Shown: positions 14,201 to 26,200 of the stretch, in pieces
How the letters are laid out: every line of letters begins with the position of its first letter
How positions within the stretch are numbered: the first letter of the stretch is position 1
Source of the DNA: Lingula anatina
Taxonomy: Eukaryota > Animalia > Brachiopoda
Direction: 5' to 3'
Assembly: GCA_051362555.1 (NCBI GenBank)
Contig: CM120640.1
Coordinates: 6,882,001 to 6,946,000, forward strand
Length of the DNA: 64,000 nt
Translations under genes and position numbers: made by a program
Notes under the pieces: model-generated
Databases searched by the model: none
What the model was told of the DNA's origin: nothing
What the model saw: the letters and a program-made list of their open reading frames with translations, nothing else

Positions 14201-17200
14201 GGAAATATAGGGTCTCCCATGGGCTATTCAAGACAGAAAAGACAACTGTGAATGAGAGAATGACATTTGGGGGCAGGGAGAGGGCCCTTAATTGACCTCT
14301 GTGTCTTATCCAAACGTTTCATAAGTTGCAATTGTATTTCAGTGAATGGCAACTACACCGAATGGAGCAATTGGAGTGCCTGCAGTAGAACATGTGGAAA
14401 TGGCCAACAAACTAGAAATAGGAGTTGTACAAACCCAGCTCCTGCAAATGGTGGAGATGATTGCTCCACTATTGGAGCTTTTGAGGAACTAAGACAGTGT
14501 ATTCTACAGAACTGCCCTGGTGAGAATAAATTCTGTTTTATGGATAAATGGGAGTAAATGGTTGAGTTTTATGATCAAATATACAGCAAGCAATGGGAAA
14601 CTGAGGGTTGTTGACAATCACTCTCCCATCGAACATTGTTGTCACAGAGTGGGTCTGTTTAGTAGAGGTAGGGTGAAGTAGAAAATTGAGCATAATTTAT
14701 GCACAGTACAGGGGTGGATCCAGAAATATTTTCTGACAGGCTTCCAAATTATCTTTATTGATCCATCCTCCATTTCTGACAGTCTTCGAACAGAAAAAAT
14801 TAGATACCATCAGTGTAAACTTGAAAAACTGACTGTCTTCCAGAAGACCCTAAATCTGCCCCTGCAGTGGTGATATCAAAAGTGATGATATAAGTTTGTT
14901 TTGCTTATTTGATTGTATATTCAATGCACCATGAAATTGTAAAATTTTAGTACTCTCAATTCATTTGAAATTAATTATCTATGTATCTGATTCTTGTTGA
15001 TGGTGGCTATTCAGACTGGAGTGTTTGGAGTACCTGTACAGTCACATGTGGTGGTGGTCAGCAGACCAGGAAGAGGACATGTACCAATCCAGCTCCTCAG
15101 TTTGGAGGTGCCTTTTGCTCTGGACCCACATCAGAATCTCAGACATGTAACAGTCAGCAATGTCCAGGTAACACGAATGTGGCACATTGCTGTTGGCTGT
15201 GGAGCTGTCTGTTGGTGCCCTGTTCAAGGCTCCTGTCAGCCTTTTGACCCCTCCTGTTGTTCTGCTTGCTTGGCAAAGAGTCTAATTTGACAGTGTTTTT
15301 GAGTGACATTGCTTTTTATATTCACCTGCAGTTATTGATTGAACAAACAGTGGGTGTGGGTGTGAAATGCATGGATTTAAATGAACATTCAAGCTTTGAC
15401 AAGTTATTGGTTTTTAGCTTAATTTATTTGCTTGCATGATTAAGTTGTGAAATGCTTATTAAGTTTTTTATTTCAGATATTTTAAGTTGGCCTGGTTGAG
15501 AATGTGCATTAAATCTGAATGCTACTAAGCAATTTACTTACATACATCACTTTGTGTGGTCAGTGTTGCACAGCTGAATACTAAACTTTAACACTGAACA
15601 TCAGGGCGTATTGAGTTTACAGTACTAAATAAATATTTTGGGTCAATGACAACAACTTTCAGTAAATGGTGGATATAGCAGTTGGAGCAGCTGGAGTGCT
15701 TGCATAGGTGGTACCCAGCAGAGGAGCAGGACCTGCACAAACCCCTCACCTGCCTTTGGAGGCAATGACTGTGCCCTTTTGGGATCCACAACAGAGATAC
15801 AGCAGTGCACTTTGGTAACATGTCCAGGTATGGGGTCTGTTCTTAGTCAGGTGAAGTGTTTATCATTTTTTATTATTAAGCTTAAGACTGTTGCCACTCT
15901 ACCACCTAGTATTTCTTTCAAGCTGATCTATAAATTGGTTTACTAAATAAATCATTATCTTTTCAGCTCCTCACACTGCAGGTACAGACTTCACAGTGAT
16001 GTTCATAGAGAACTATGTTAATGATCTGTATGATCCTTACATGACAGCCAAAATGACATTGTATGTCACACAGGCAGACAACAGCAAAGCACTGACTTTC
16101 ACTGTTTATTATTTTGAATCATTCCTTCTGAAAAACCTGACATATGTAATTCCTGCTGGAGCCAAAGAGTCAACACCTGTCGAACTGCCCAGTGTATTGG
16201 AGATACAGTCAAGTGGTCTTGTCTTGAATCGAGGTGTACGTGTGCTGACCTCTGAACCAGTTTTCCTGACTGCAACAAATAGAGAAGGGTTTTCTGCAGA
16301 TGGTTTTGTGGCAATACCCACAAAGTACCTTGGTGAACAGTACTATACTGTGGCCTATGCACCCCCAACTTATGCTACACAACTCGGTGTGGCTGCTGTA
16401 GAAGATGGAACCGTCGTCCAGGTCACTGTTGCCAGAGCTGCCAATACCACATACAATGGGGTCTCCTATCAGGGTGGGCAGACATTTAGCCTGACTTTGA
16501 ATGCATTCCAAACCATTCAGCTAGAATCCATATTGGATCTGACAGGAACATATATTAATTCTAGCAAACCTGTGGCAGTTTTCAGTGGGAATAAGAGAAC
16601 CATTGTTGGGAATGACACTGCTTCCAGAGATCACCTGGTGGAGCAGTTGCCTCCAATACAGTATTGGGGTACAGAGTTTGTCACAGTGCCGACTCCCAAT
16701 CGTACAAGTGGTGATGTATTTAAAGTGGTTGCCAGCAAGCCTGACACAAACATTACCATAACTGTGGCCAGTGGACAAATGAAATACTACTTACGCCATG
16801 CTGGTGATCATGTTCAAACCATCCTTGGATCTGGTTCTCATTCCCATTCTATGATAACTACAGATCAACCAGTAATGTTATCACATTTTATTCACAGCCA
16901 CACTGGCAATGATCCATCCAAAGAACTAGGTGATCCATCACTCTTAATCCTGCCCCCAGTAGCTCAGTATGGCAATGGCTTTTCTTTTGTAACACCACCA
17001 TTCCATAACATGTCTGATCCCAATGATCCCAACCAACGGCCATACAGCTATTTCTTGAGTATTACCATTGAAGACCAGTATAAAGATGGCATGAGGATTG
17101 ATGGTAATGTTATTTCTGGAGTCACTTGGCACCCAGTTCCATCTGTACCAGGAAAACCTGACATGGTTGCTACAAGTTTTGAGATTGCTCAGACCAATCA

Positions 17201-20200
17201 AAGACATGTTTTATACAATGAAAACTGCAATGTATCATTCTTACCACTTCTGTATGGGGCAGGAGACAGGGAGAGCTATGGCTTTGCGCTGGGGATGAAT
17301 CTCAACATTTTAAATCCAGTGAGTACAGAGAAAGAATTTTCCGTGGTTCTAGAATTTTCAAATTGTGCAAAATGTTAGTTTAATGGTTACAGCAATGTAT
17401 TTTTTTTAATTAAGAGATATCTGCTTATATATATACTTCATTTTGTTTTTCCAATTGCAATCTATTTACAAGTTCTTTTTTTTTATCTTTTCCAGCTGCC
17501 ATCTGATGGTAAGTCTGATCTTTGAAAGTAATTTAACCGAATTAATATTTGTATACAATGAACATATGAAAACTGTATTACATTGACAAATATTGTTGTG
17601 TATAGCTTATAGATATGTTAACCAAAGTAAAATGGATATAATCCAAGACTTAAAGAATGTATACCTAAGAATCATTTAGAATTTAGTTGCCTATGTGCAA
17701 AGTTATAACATGCTTAGTGTTTCATCATGTGTCATCTTCTTTATTTATTTTTTTCAGCGTGCACCCCGCAGACTCAAGATCAAACCTGTCTTGTCAATAA
17801 TGTGAACTTTTGTCAAGGTATTGGAAAATCACTATGTTAATTGGTCCTTTTTAAATTTTTCATGAAGAATTCCTTTTGCGGTTTATTATCATCCCTTTAA
17901 AATATATATACATAAGCAAATACAGAACAAACAATTTGAAATGTAGGTTGTGATGCTGTTATTTTTACACATATCTTCCGTACTTACATGTCCGTATGTT
18001 TGTGAGCTTTGCTGTCTAAGTATAGACACCTTTCAGTCTGAATATCCCCTGACCAATAACTAGATGTATGATATTCCAGGTTACCCTCTGGATAGCCAGG
18101 GTACAGGCTTTGTGCTAATGTTTAATGAGCACCAAACCAACATAGGACCAAGTCAGTATGATCCAGCCATTTATGCAACTAATCTTGAAAATTATGACAT
18201 TCAGGTAAGTTATTATTGAAATTTTAGCATAATATTTGTTTTCATTAATAAAGTATAATATTTGGTCAATATTAAAATATTGTAATAAGCTTTATTCTTT
18301 GTATTAAAAATATCATGTTGACATGTCTTTTTTCTGTGTGTTGCCCTATTTTAAGCAACATGTAGTAAATGAAAAATCTGGACACCAATATGATAAAAAC
18401 GTATTGTTTTGCATGTTGCTTTTAAACAAAACCTTCATGACAATACGTACTTTCGTTTTTTAGCTTAATGTTATGTCCCCAAGATGGAGCAGTCCTGCAA
18501 CCTCCCAACAGTTTGTATTAGCAAAAGGAGAGAGTCGAAAAGTAACAATCCCTAAAGAACTGAGAATGAATGGAACTTCCAAGTCAACTAAGGCCATCTA
18601 TGTAAGAGCTACTGATGAAGTTAGCCTCCAGGGTGTGAACACAGAGCAGCAGTCTACAGGCATGTTCCTGGCTCTTCCCATTGATGCTGTCGGTAGTGAG
18701 TACTATGCTGTGTGCTATAGTCCTGCCACAGACTGTCAGTTTGGAATTGCTGCTATTCACAATGGAACACAAGTCACCATTACTTTGCCATTATCAGTTT
18801 CTGGACACTTTGTTGAAGTCGTTTTGGATGGAAGAACATATTATGGTGGACAGACTATTTCTTTGGACCTCAATGCATATGACACAGTTCAGATTCAGGC
18901 TGCTAATGATTTGACAGGATCACGTGTGGTTGGATCAAAACCTTTCAGTTTCTTCAGTGGTAACAGGGATACCATAATAGACCAGGGCACCAATTCTAAG
19001 GTTAAAGACCATGTCACTGAAATGTTGCCACCTGTATCAACATGGGGCAAAGACTTCTTCACCTTCCAGACTCCCCTCAGCTCTAGCGCAGGAGATGTCT
19101 TCAGGGCTGTCACATCTTCTCAAATGACAAAGATTTCAAGAGTCGTAGGATCTTCAATGTCAGTGATGACTACGATTCCACACAACATTCACTTTGATCA
19201 GTTTGTCCTCGGAAATGCCAACCTTAGTGCATACGCCCATGTTACATCAGACCTTCCTGTGATGCTGACAGAGTTTGTACAGAGCATGGATTACAGTGGA
19301 AACCAGGCATCTGCACCAGCCATGTTGAACCTCCCACCCATGTCCCAATACAGGAACGAATATGCCTTTTATGCTCTGAATACTTCCGTCAGCACTAACA
19401 GGTCATTTGATAACTACATTATCCTCATTAGTCCAGTGGCCAACCGTGATAATATCACACTGGATGGCTCCCCATTGCCTACAATGCAGTGGACACTGGT
19501 CACTGCTAGAGGCAGGAATTATAGTGCTGGGTTCTTTAGGATTCAAGCAGGGCATCACATTCTGAAACATCCTGTTAACAATCATTATTTTGGCGCAGTA
19601 CTTTATGGTACCGCTGTGAATGAGTCATACTCCATACCACTTGGGATGAGATTATCAAGGATAAATCTAGTAAGTATAGTTGTATGTTATACAGTCATTA
19701 TGAATTTGAAAACTTTATACATTTATGATCAATTCCATGTTTTGCATGAAAGTTTTGAAACCATTTAAATGAAAGTATTATCAAATAAATGACCAATGAA
19801 AGCATATTATTGATGTGAACTTTTCTCCCCCCAGCCATGTGGGTGTGCTCTGTCTGCTACCACTGTCAGCCGAGCTGATGGCATTGACAATGACTGTGAT
19901 GGTCTGGTGGATGAAGAAAACTGTCAAGATACAAACCTGGGTAGAAACTTTGATTTAACAATTCATATCTGCATCTGTTGGTAGATGGTGGCACATGTTT
20001 TTATTAGTGAAATTGATCAAATAATTTGTATAATGAAATAAATAGGGATACAGGTGACATTTAAAAAGATTTACAGAAATTACAGCATAAATATTGATAT
20101 AAAAAAGATAATATTTTTAATTTTTAAGTAATCTTTAACTTTAATTTGATTTTTTTACTTTCAGATGAAGATGGTGATGGCCGCCAGAATGAAGATTGTG

Positions 20201-23200
20201 CTGCACCTATCAAAGGTGTGTGAACTGAGATTTTAATACAGCTCATATTAAATGTGTATTAGCAAATTCTTACTGAGAAAGGCCTTGAAACGAAGTTCAT
20301 GGTAGTATAAATTTGTACCTTATGTTTTGCTATAACTAAAAAAAGGAATACATATAGATTATGCTTAGTTGTCATTTGACTTTTCTGTATTGGACTTAAA
20401 TTTCTCACCAAATTACTTACCCTGGCAAACACTAAACTATTTATTTCAGTTGATGGGCAATGGTCAGCATGGTCCTCATGGTCAGCATGTCCAGTGACAT
20501 GTGGCACTGGTCAACAGACCAGGACAAGAACCTGTTCTGATCCAGCTCCAGCATTTGGAGGCAGTCGCTGTGCAGGTTCTCTGTTCAGTACACAGACGGA
20601 GAGCCAGACATGTGGAGACACCAGCTGCCCAGGTCAGTCTTTGGGTTTTCTCATGGTGCTGTTTAAAATTGAAAACGTAATCACTTTACATTCAACAGTA
20701 TTAAGACAGGCCAAGATAGAGATGTACAGTTTTCCAATATGAAATTCAGAATGCTGTCAATAAGAAATAGAAATAGGAAATATAGAATATGTTCAAACAA
20801 ACACTGCCACTTAAGTTCACAAGTAAACTGTACACATTTAAATCACATATGGACCTACTATCTTCCCTGAATGTTCACAGTAACAAAAGCACCATTTTCT
20901 CATCTTTCATGTCATATGGCACATGTGTATTTAGTCTGTCTTCCATTAATTATTATAATACATTTCAGTTGATGGAGGCTACAGTCAGTGGAGCAGCTGG
21001 AGCACCTGTACTGTCACATGTGAAGGTGGTACTCAGGAAAGGACCAGATCTTGTACAAATCCTGCTCCTGCTAATAATGGCAGTGATTGCTCTGGTCTGG
21101 GACCTGCCACAGAAACCCAGCAATGCAACACACAGGGATGTCCAGGTAAGTTTTGAAGTAGGCATGGTAACCTGGTGATGGTGTCTGTACTTGTCAATGA
21201 AGATATCAGAATTACAAGTAGACATAGATACAAACATGTACTATATAGAATAAAGAAGTTAGAAGTCACGTAGAAATTGAAATACTGTAGTTTAATAATC
21301 ATGTAATAACCTGGTTTAGCCTAATGGTAGTTTTAGGAAGTATTTGTTTGAAGTAAATGTACTAATTTTTTAATATGTGGTGTGATGTGATTGTTACTAA
21401 GTAAATTATAGTTACTGTTCAGTATTAGGTGACTAAACCTACATTCAATTATAAACTTAAACTAGAAATGTACCACTCCTTGAGCAGCTATAGTAACTAT
21501 TGCATAGTGGCCAAACTTTTAAAAACTTTCTCTCAAATTTTTGCATGTTTACTAAGTCTACTAAAACCCAATGGCCTGTTAGGAGGCAGGTAACTCTGTG
21601 CAGCAAACGATGAGCAACCAGGAAAAAGGAACAGTGCTGCATGTGTTTCACTTGGTATCTTTATATCCCATTAGGGATTTTGTCCATTTCTTCTGTATGT
21701 TTATTCATAGTCAATGGTGGGTTAACAAACTGGAGTTCATGGGGCACCTGTAATGTCACCTGTGGTGGAGGGTCCCAGTCAAGAACCAGAACATGTACCA
21801 ATCCAGTACCACAAAATGGAGGTGCTGATTGTGTGGGAGACAGACTGGAGTTACAACAGTGTAATACTCAGAATTGTCCAGGTGAGAAATGTGCTTTAGA
21901 TTCTCTGAACATTTTCTCAGGTTTGAAAAATTACTGATGTTTTAAAATTGATCTATTCAAAATAATGTCATTCAAGAAAAATACTTCATTATCAAATGTG
22001 AGTCTTATTAAATGACATGAGGTTTATTCAATATTACATTTATTGTTTAACAAAATATTTGCATTGTTTTTGCATGAAAAGAAAAAATTAAGATTAACTA
22101 TGAAATCATGTCAAGCTTGAAGTATATTATGACAAGTTATTATTTTCTATAGTGGATGGTCAGTGGGGTCAGTGGTCGGCCTGGGGAACTTGTTCAGTTT
22201 CCTGTGGAGGTGGAGGTCAGCAGACAAGGTCAAGGTCCTGCAATGACCCTGCACCTGCCTTTGGAGGCAACAACTGTCCAGGAGCTCCACCAGATACTCA
22301 AACTGAATCTCAACAGTGCGGCAGCATTTCCTGTATAGGTATGACCTTGATGTTCTTCTTAAATAGAAAAAGAATCGGGTACAATAAATTATATAAATCA
22401 ACAGATAATGGAAGATTTTTTTAATGTTGATAAAAAGGATATTTTGAATACCAGTACCTTTAGAGGGACACAATGGGTAGTTGAACTTTATAAAACAAAA
22501 ATTATTTTTCCTGGAAAATTTCAGCACTGTACCCTTAATCACCAAGGGCCAGTTAAATAAGCTAACTTTTGAAGTTATGAATTATAAATCAATTTGATAA
22601 TACATTTGATCTTTTATGTAAAGTGTAATTGAATTTTTTTCTGTTTGCCTTTTTAAATAAATTTGAATAACTCATTACAGTCAATGGAGGATTCACAAAC
22701 TGGAGTTCATGGGGCACCTGTAATGTCACCTGTGGTGGAGGGTCCCAGTCAAGAACCAGGACATGTACCAATCCAGTACCACAAAATGGAGGTGCTGATT
22801 GTGTGGGAGATAGACTGGAGTTGCAACAGTGTAATACTCAGGGTTGTCCAGGTAAGGAGACACCACCCTTTTATCCAATTTATTTCAGATTTTCTGTCAC
22901 AGTATGTTGCTTTATTCAGTATGTTAAGTATGCTAAAATACATTCTATATGATGTACATTTTGAGTCAAACTGTCCATTCTGAAGAGCCATTTTGGCATT
23001 GTACAAACTACTTATATTTCAGTGGATGGAGGCTACAGTCAGTGGAGCAGTTGGGGCACTTGTTCTTCTACATGTGGAGGTGGCTCTCAGACAAGAACAA
23101 GAACTTGCACAAACCCTACTCCAGCTTTTAATGGCAATGACTGTTCTGGTCTTGGACCAAGCTCAGAAACACAGCAGTGCAACACACAGGGATGTCCAGG

Positions 23201-26200
23201 TGAGACAGCACTTTAAAAAAAAAATTCAAAAGAAAACTATAAAAATATTTTTAAGATCTAATTTAAGATAATTTTGATTTAATAAAATTCTTCCAGTAAC
23301 ATAGTCATTTGAGTTTAAGATCCACTTTATGAGAAATAAAAGGTTATAAGACTATCTATGACATTTTAATATGAAAATGTTTACTCATCTTATTTGTAGT
23401 TGATGGTGGGTTAACAAACTGGAGTTCATGGGGCACCTGTAATGTCACCTGTGGTGGAGGGTCCCAGTCAAGAACCAGGACATGTACCAATCCAGTACCA
23501 CAAAATGGAGGTGCTGATTGTGTGGGAGATAGACTGGAGTTGCAACAGTGTAATACTCAGGGTTGTCCAGGTATGGAGACACTACTCCTTTATGAGATTT
23601 ATTTCTGTTTTTAAATTGCAGTATATTGTTTTATTCAAACATTAGGTAAACTTAAATCTGCTCTATTTGATGTACAATTTGATAGTCAAACTGTCCATTC
23701 TGAAGAGATTTTTGGCATTGAACAAAACTGCTTATATTTCAGTGGATGGAGGCTACAGTCAGTGGAGCAGTTGGGACACTTGTTCTTCTACATGTGGAGG
23801 TGGCTCTCAGACAAGAACAAGAACTTGCACAAACCCTACTCCAGCTTTTAATGGCAATGACTGTTCTGGTCTTGGCCCTAACTCAGAAACACAGCAGTGC
23901 AACACACAGGGATGTCCAGGTGAGACAGCGTTTTTAAAAATACTATTTCAAAACGAGATTCTGATGCAATTTCCTTTCCTTTGCATTTGAAAAAAGAATT
24001 TTTGGATTTAATAAAAATCTTCCAGTAGTACATTTGAATTTGAGCTTAACTGGAAGGGTAGTACAGGATGATCAGGAAATATATGACATTTTTATTTGAA
24101 CACATCAATACATTTTGTTTCTAGTTGATGGTGGGTTAACAAATTGGAGTTCATGGGGCTCTTGTAATGCCACGTGTGGTAGAGGCTCCCAGTCAAGAAC
24201 CAGGACATGTACCAATCCAGTACCACAAAATGGAGGTGCTGATTGTGTGGGAGACAGACTGGAGTTACAGCAGTGTAATACTCAGAATTGTCCAGGTAAG
24301 AAAATACTTTGATTGGACACTGAGGGTGAGAATTTTATGAGATTAAATTAAGTTTATTGCATATTTAGTTTATAATTCAATAGCATTTGATTTATTGAGT
24401 TGAATCTATAAATAACCTGAAGAAGGATTTAAAACAATTCTGTTTAGAAAAACTTGGAATTGATTATTTATCTTACTTGTACGTAACCGATTTTATTTTA
24501 GAATCAGGGTTTTTAAATCTTGAATCACAATTTTTTTAATATTTTAGATTTTATATATCTTGATAATTGTCTTAATAAGGTCTGGTCTCTCGTTGTTTTA
24601 AAATTTATTTTATCCCAAAGAGGAACATATAAAATCATGATTATGAAAGCATTTGCAAAAACTGAAAGAAAAGACAGAAACAGAGTCCAGTTTTTGTGAG
24701 CCTTTTTTAAGTTTAGACATTTTTTTCTCCAATAGTGGATGGTCAATGGGGTCAGTGGTCAGCATGGGGAACTTGTTCAGTCTCTTGTGGAGGTGGAGGT
24801 CAGCAGACAAGGTCAAGGTCCTGCAATGACCCTGCACCTGCCTTTGGAGGCAACAGCTGTCCAGGAGCTCCCCCAGATACTCAGAATGAATCTCAAGAGT
24901 GTGGCAACAATCCCTGTATAGGTACAGTAATATCAGCTTGGGTATTGTCATAAGAGAATGTTATACCATTATTACCTGTAGTGTTTGACTACTAAATTTG
25001 TACTGATGCAATCTAAATGTATTGTTTTACATAGTAGTTTTGGTTAGGGTGACTTAAACTATTTTTTAATTAACTTTTTCTATCAGCTTTTAATGTGATA
25101 CCATTTGCCTTTTTAAATAAATTTGAATAACTCATTACAGTCAATGGAGGATTCACAAATTGGAGTTCATGGAGCACCTGTAATGTCACCTGTGGTGGAG
25201 GCTTCCAGTCAAGAACCAGAACATGTACTAATCCAGTACCACAAAATGGAGGTGCTGATTGTGTGGGAGACAGACTGCAGTTACAACAGTGTAATACTCA
25301 GGGTTGTCCAGGTAAGGAAACACCACCCTTTTATTGAATTTATTTCAAATTTTCTATCACAGTATATTGTTTTATTCAATATGTTAAGTATACTAAAATC
25401 TGCTCTATTTAATGTACATTTTAAAAGTCCTACTGTCCATGCTAGAGCAACATTTTTGCCATTGTACAAATCTACTTATATTTCAGTGGATGGAGGCTAC
25501 AGTCAGTGGAGCAGTTGGGGCACTTGTTCTTCTACATGTGGAGGTGGCTCTCAAACAAGAACCAGAACTTGCACAAACCCTACTCCAGCTTTTAATGGCA
25601 ATGACTGTTCTGGTCTTGGACCTAGCTCAGAAACACAGCAGTGCAACACACAGGGATGTCCAGGTGAGACAGCAACTTTACAAAAATAACTACTCAGAAC
25701 AAAACTTTAAAAAATACTTTTGTTTGCATTAAACTTAAGAAAATGTGGATTTAATAAAAATCATTCAGTATATATAGCAATTTTAAGTTTAAGATCCACT
25801 GGAGGAGAAATAAAAACGTTATAAGACAATCTGTGACATTTTAATAATATGAAAATGTTTACTCATCTCATTTGTAGTTGATGGAGGATTAACAAATTGG
25901 AGTTCATGGGGCTCTTGTAATGCCACCTGTGGTGGAGGCTCCCAGTCAAGAACCAGGACATGTACCAATCCAGTACCACAAAATGGAGGTGCTGATTGTG
26001 TGGGAAACAGACTTGAGTTACAACAGTGTAGTACTCAGGGTTGTCCAGGTAAGAAAATTGCTTTAGATTTTCCGCAAATTTTCTCAGCTAAAATTGATAT
26101 ATTCCAAAAATGTTATTTAAGAAAAAATTAGTTAAGTGACACATTGGAACACTCAGGGTTGTCCAGTATGCAAGAGTTTATTATTGAATTGTTCAGTGTG

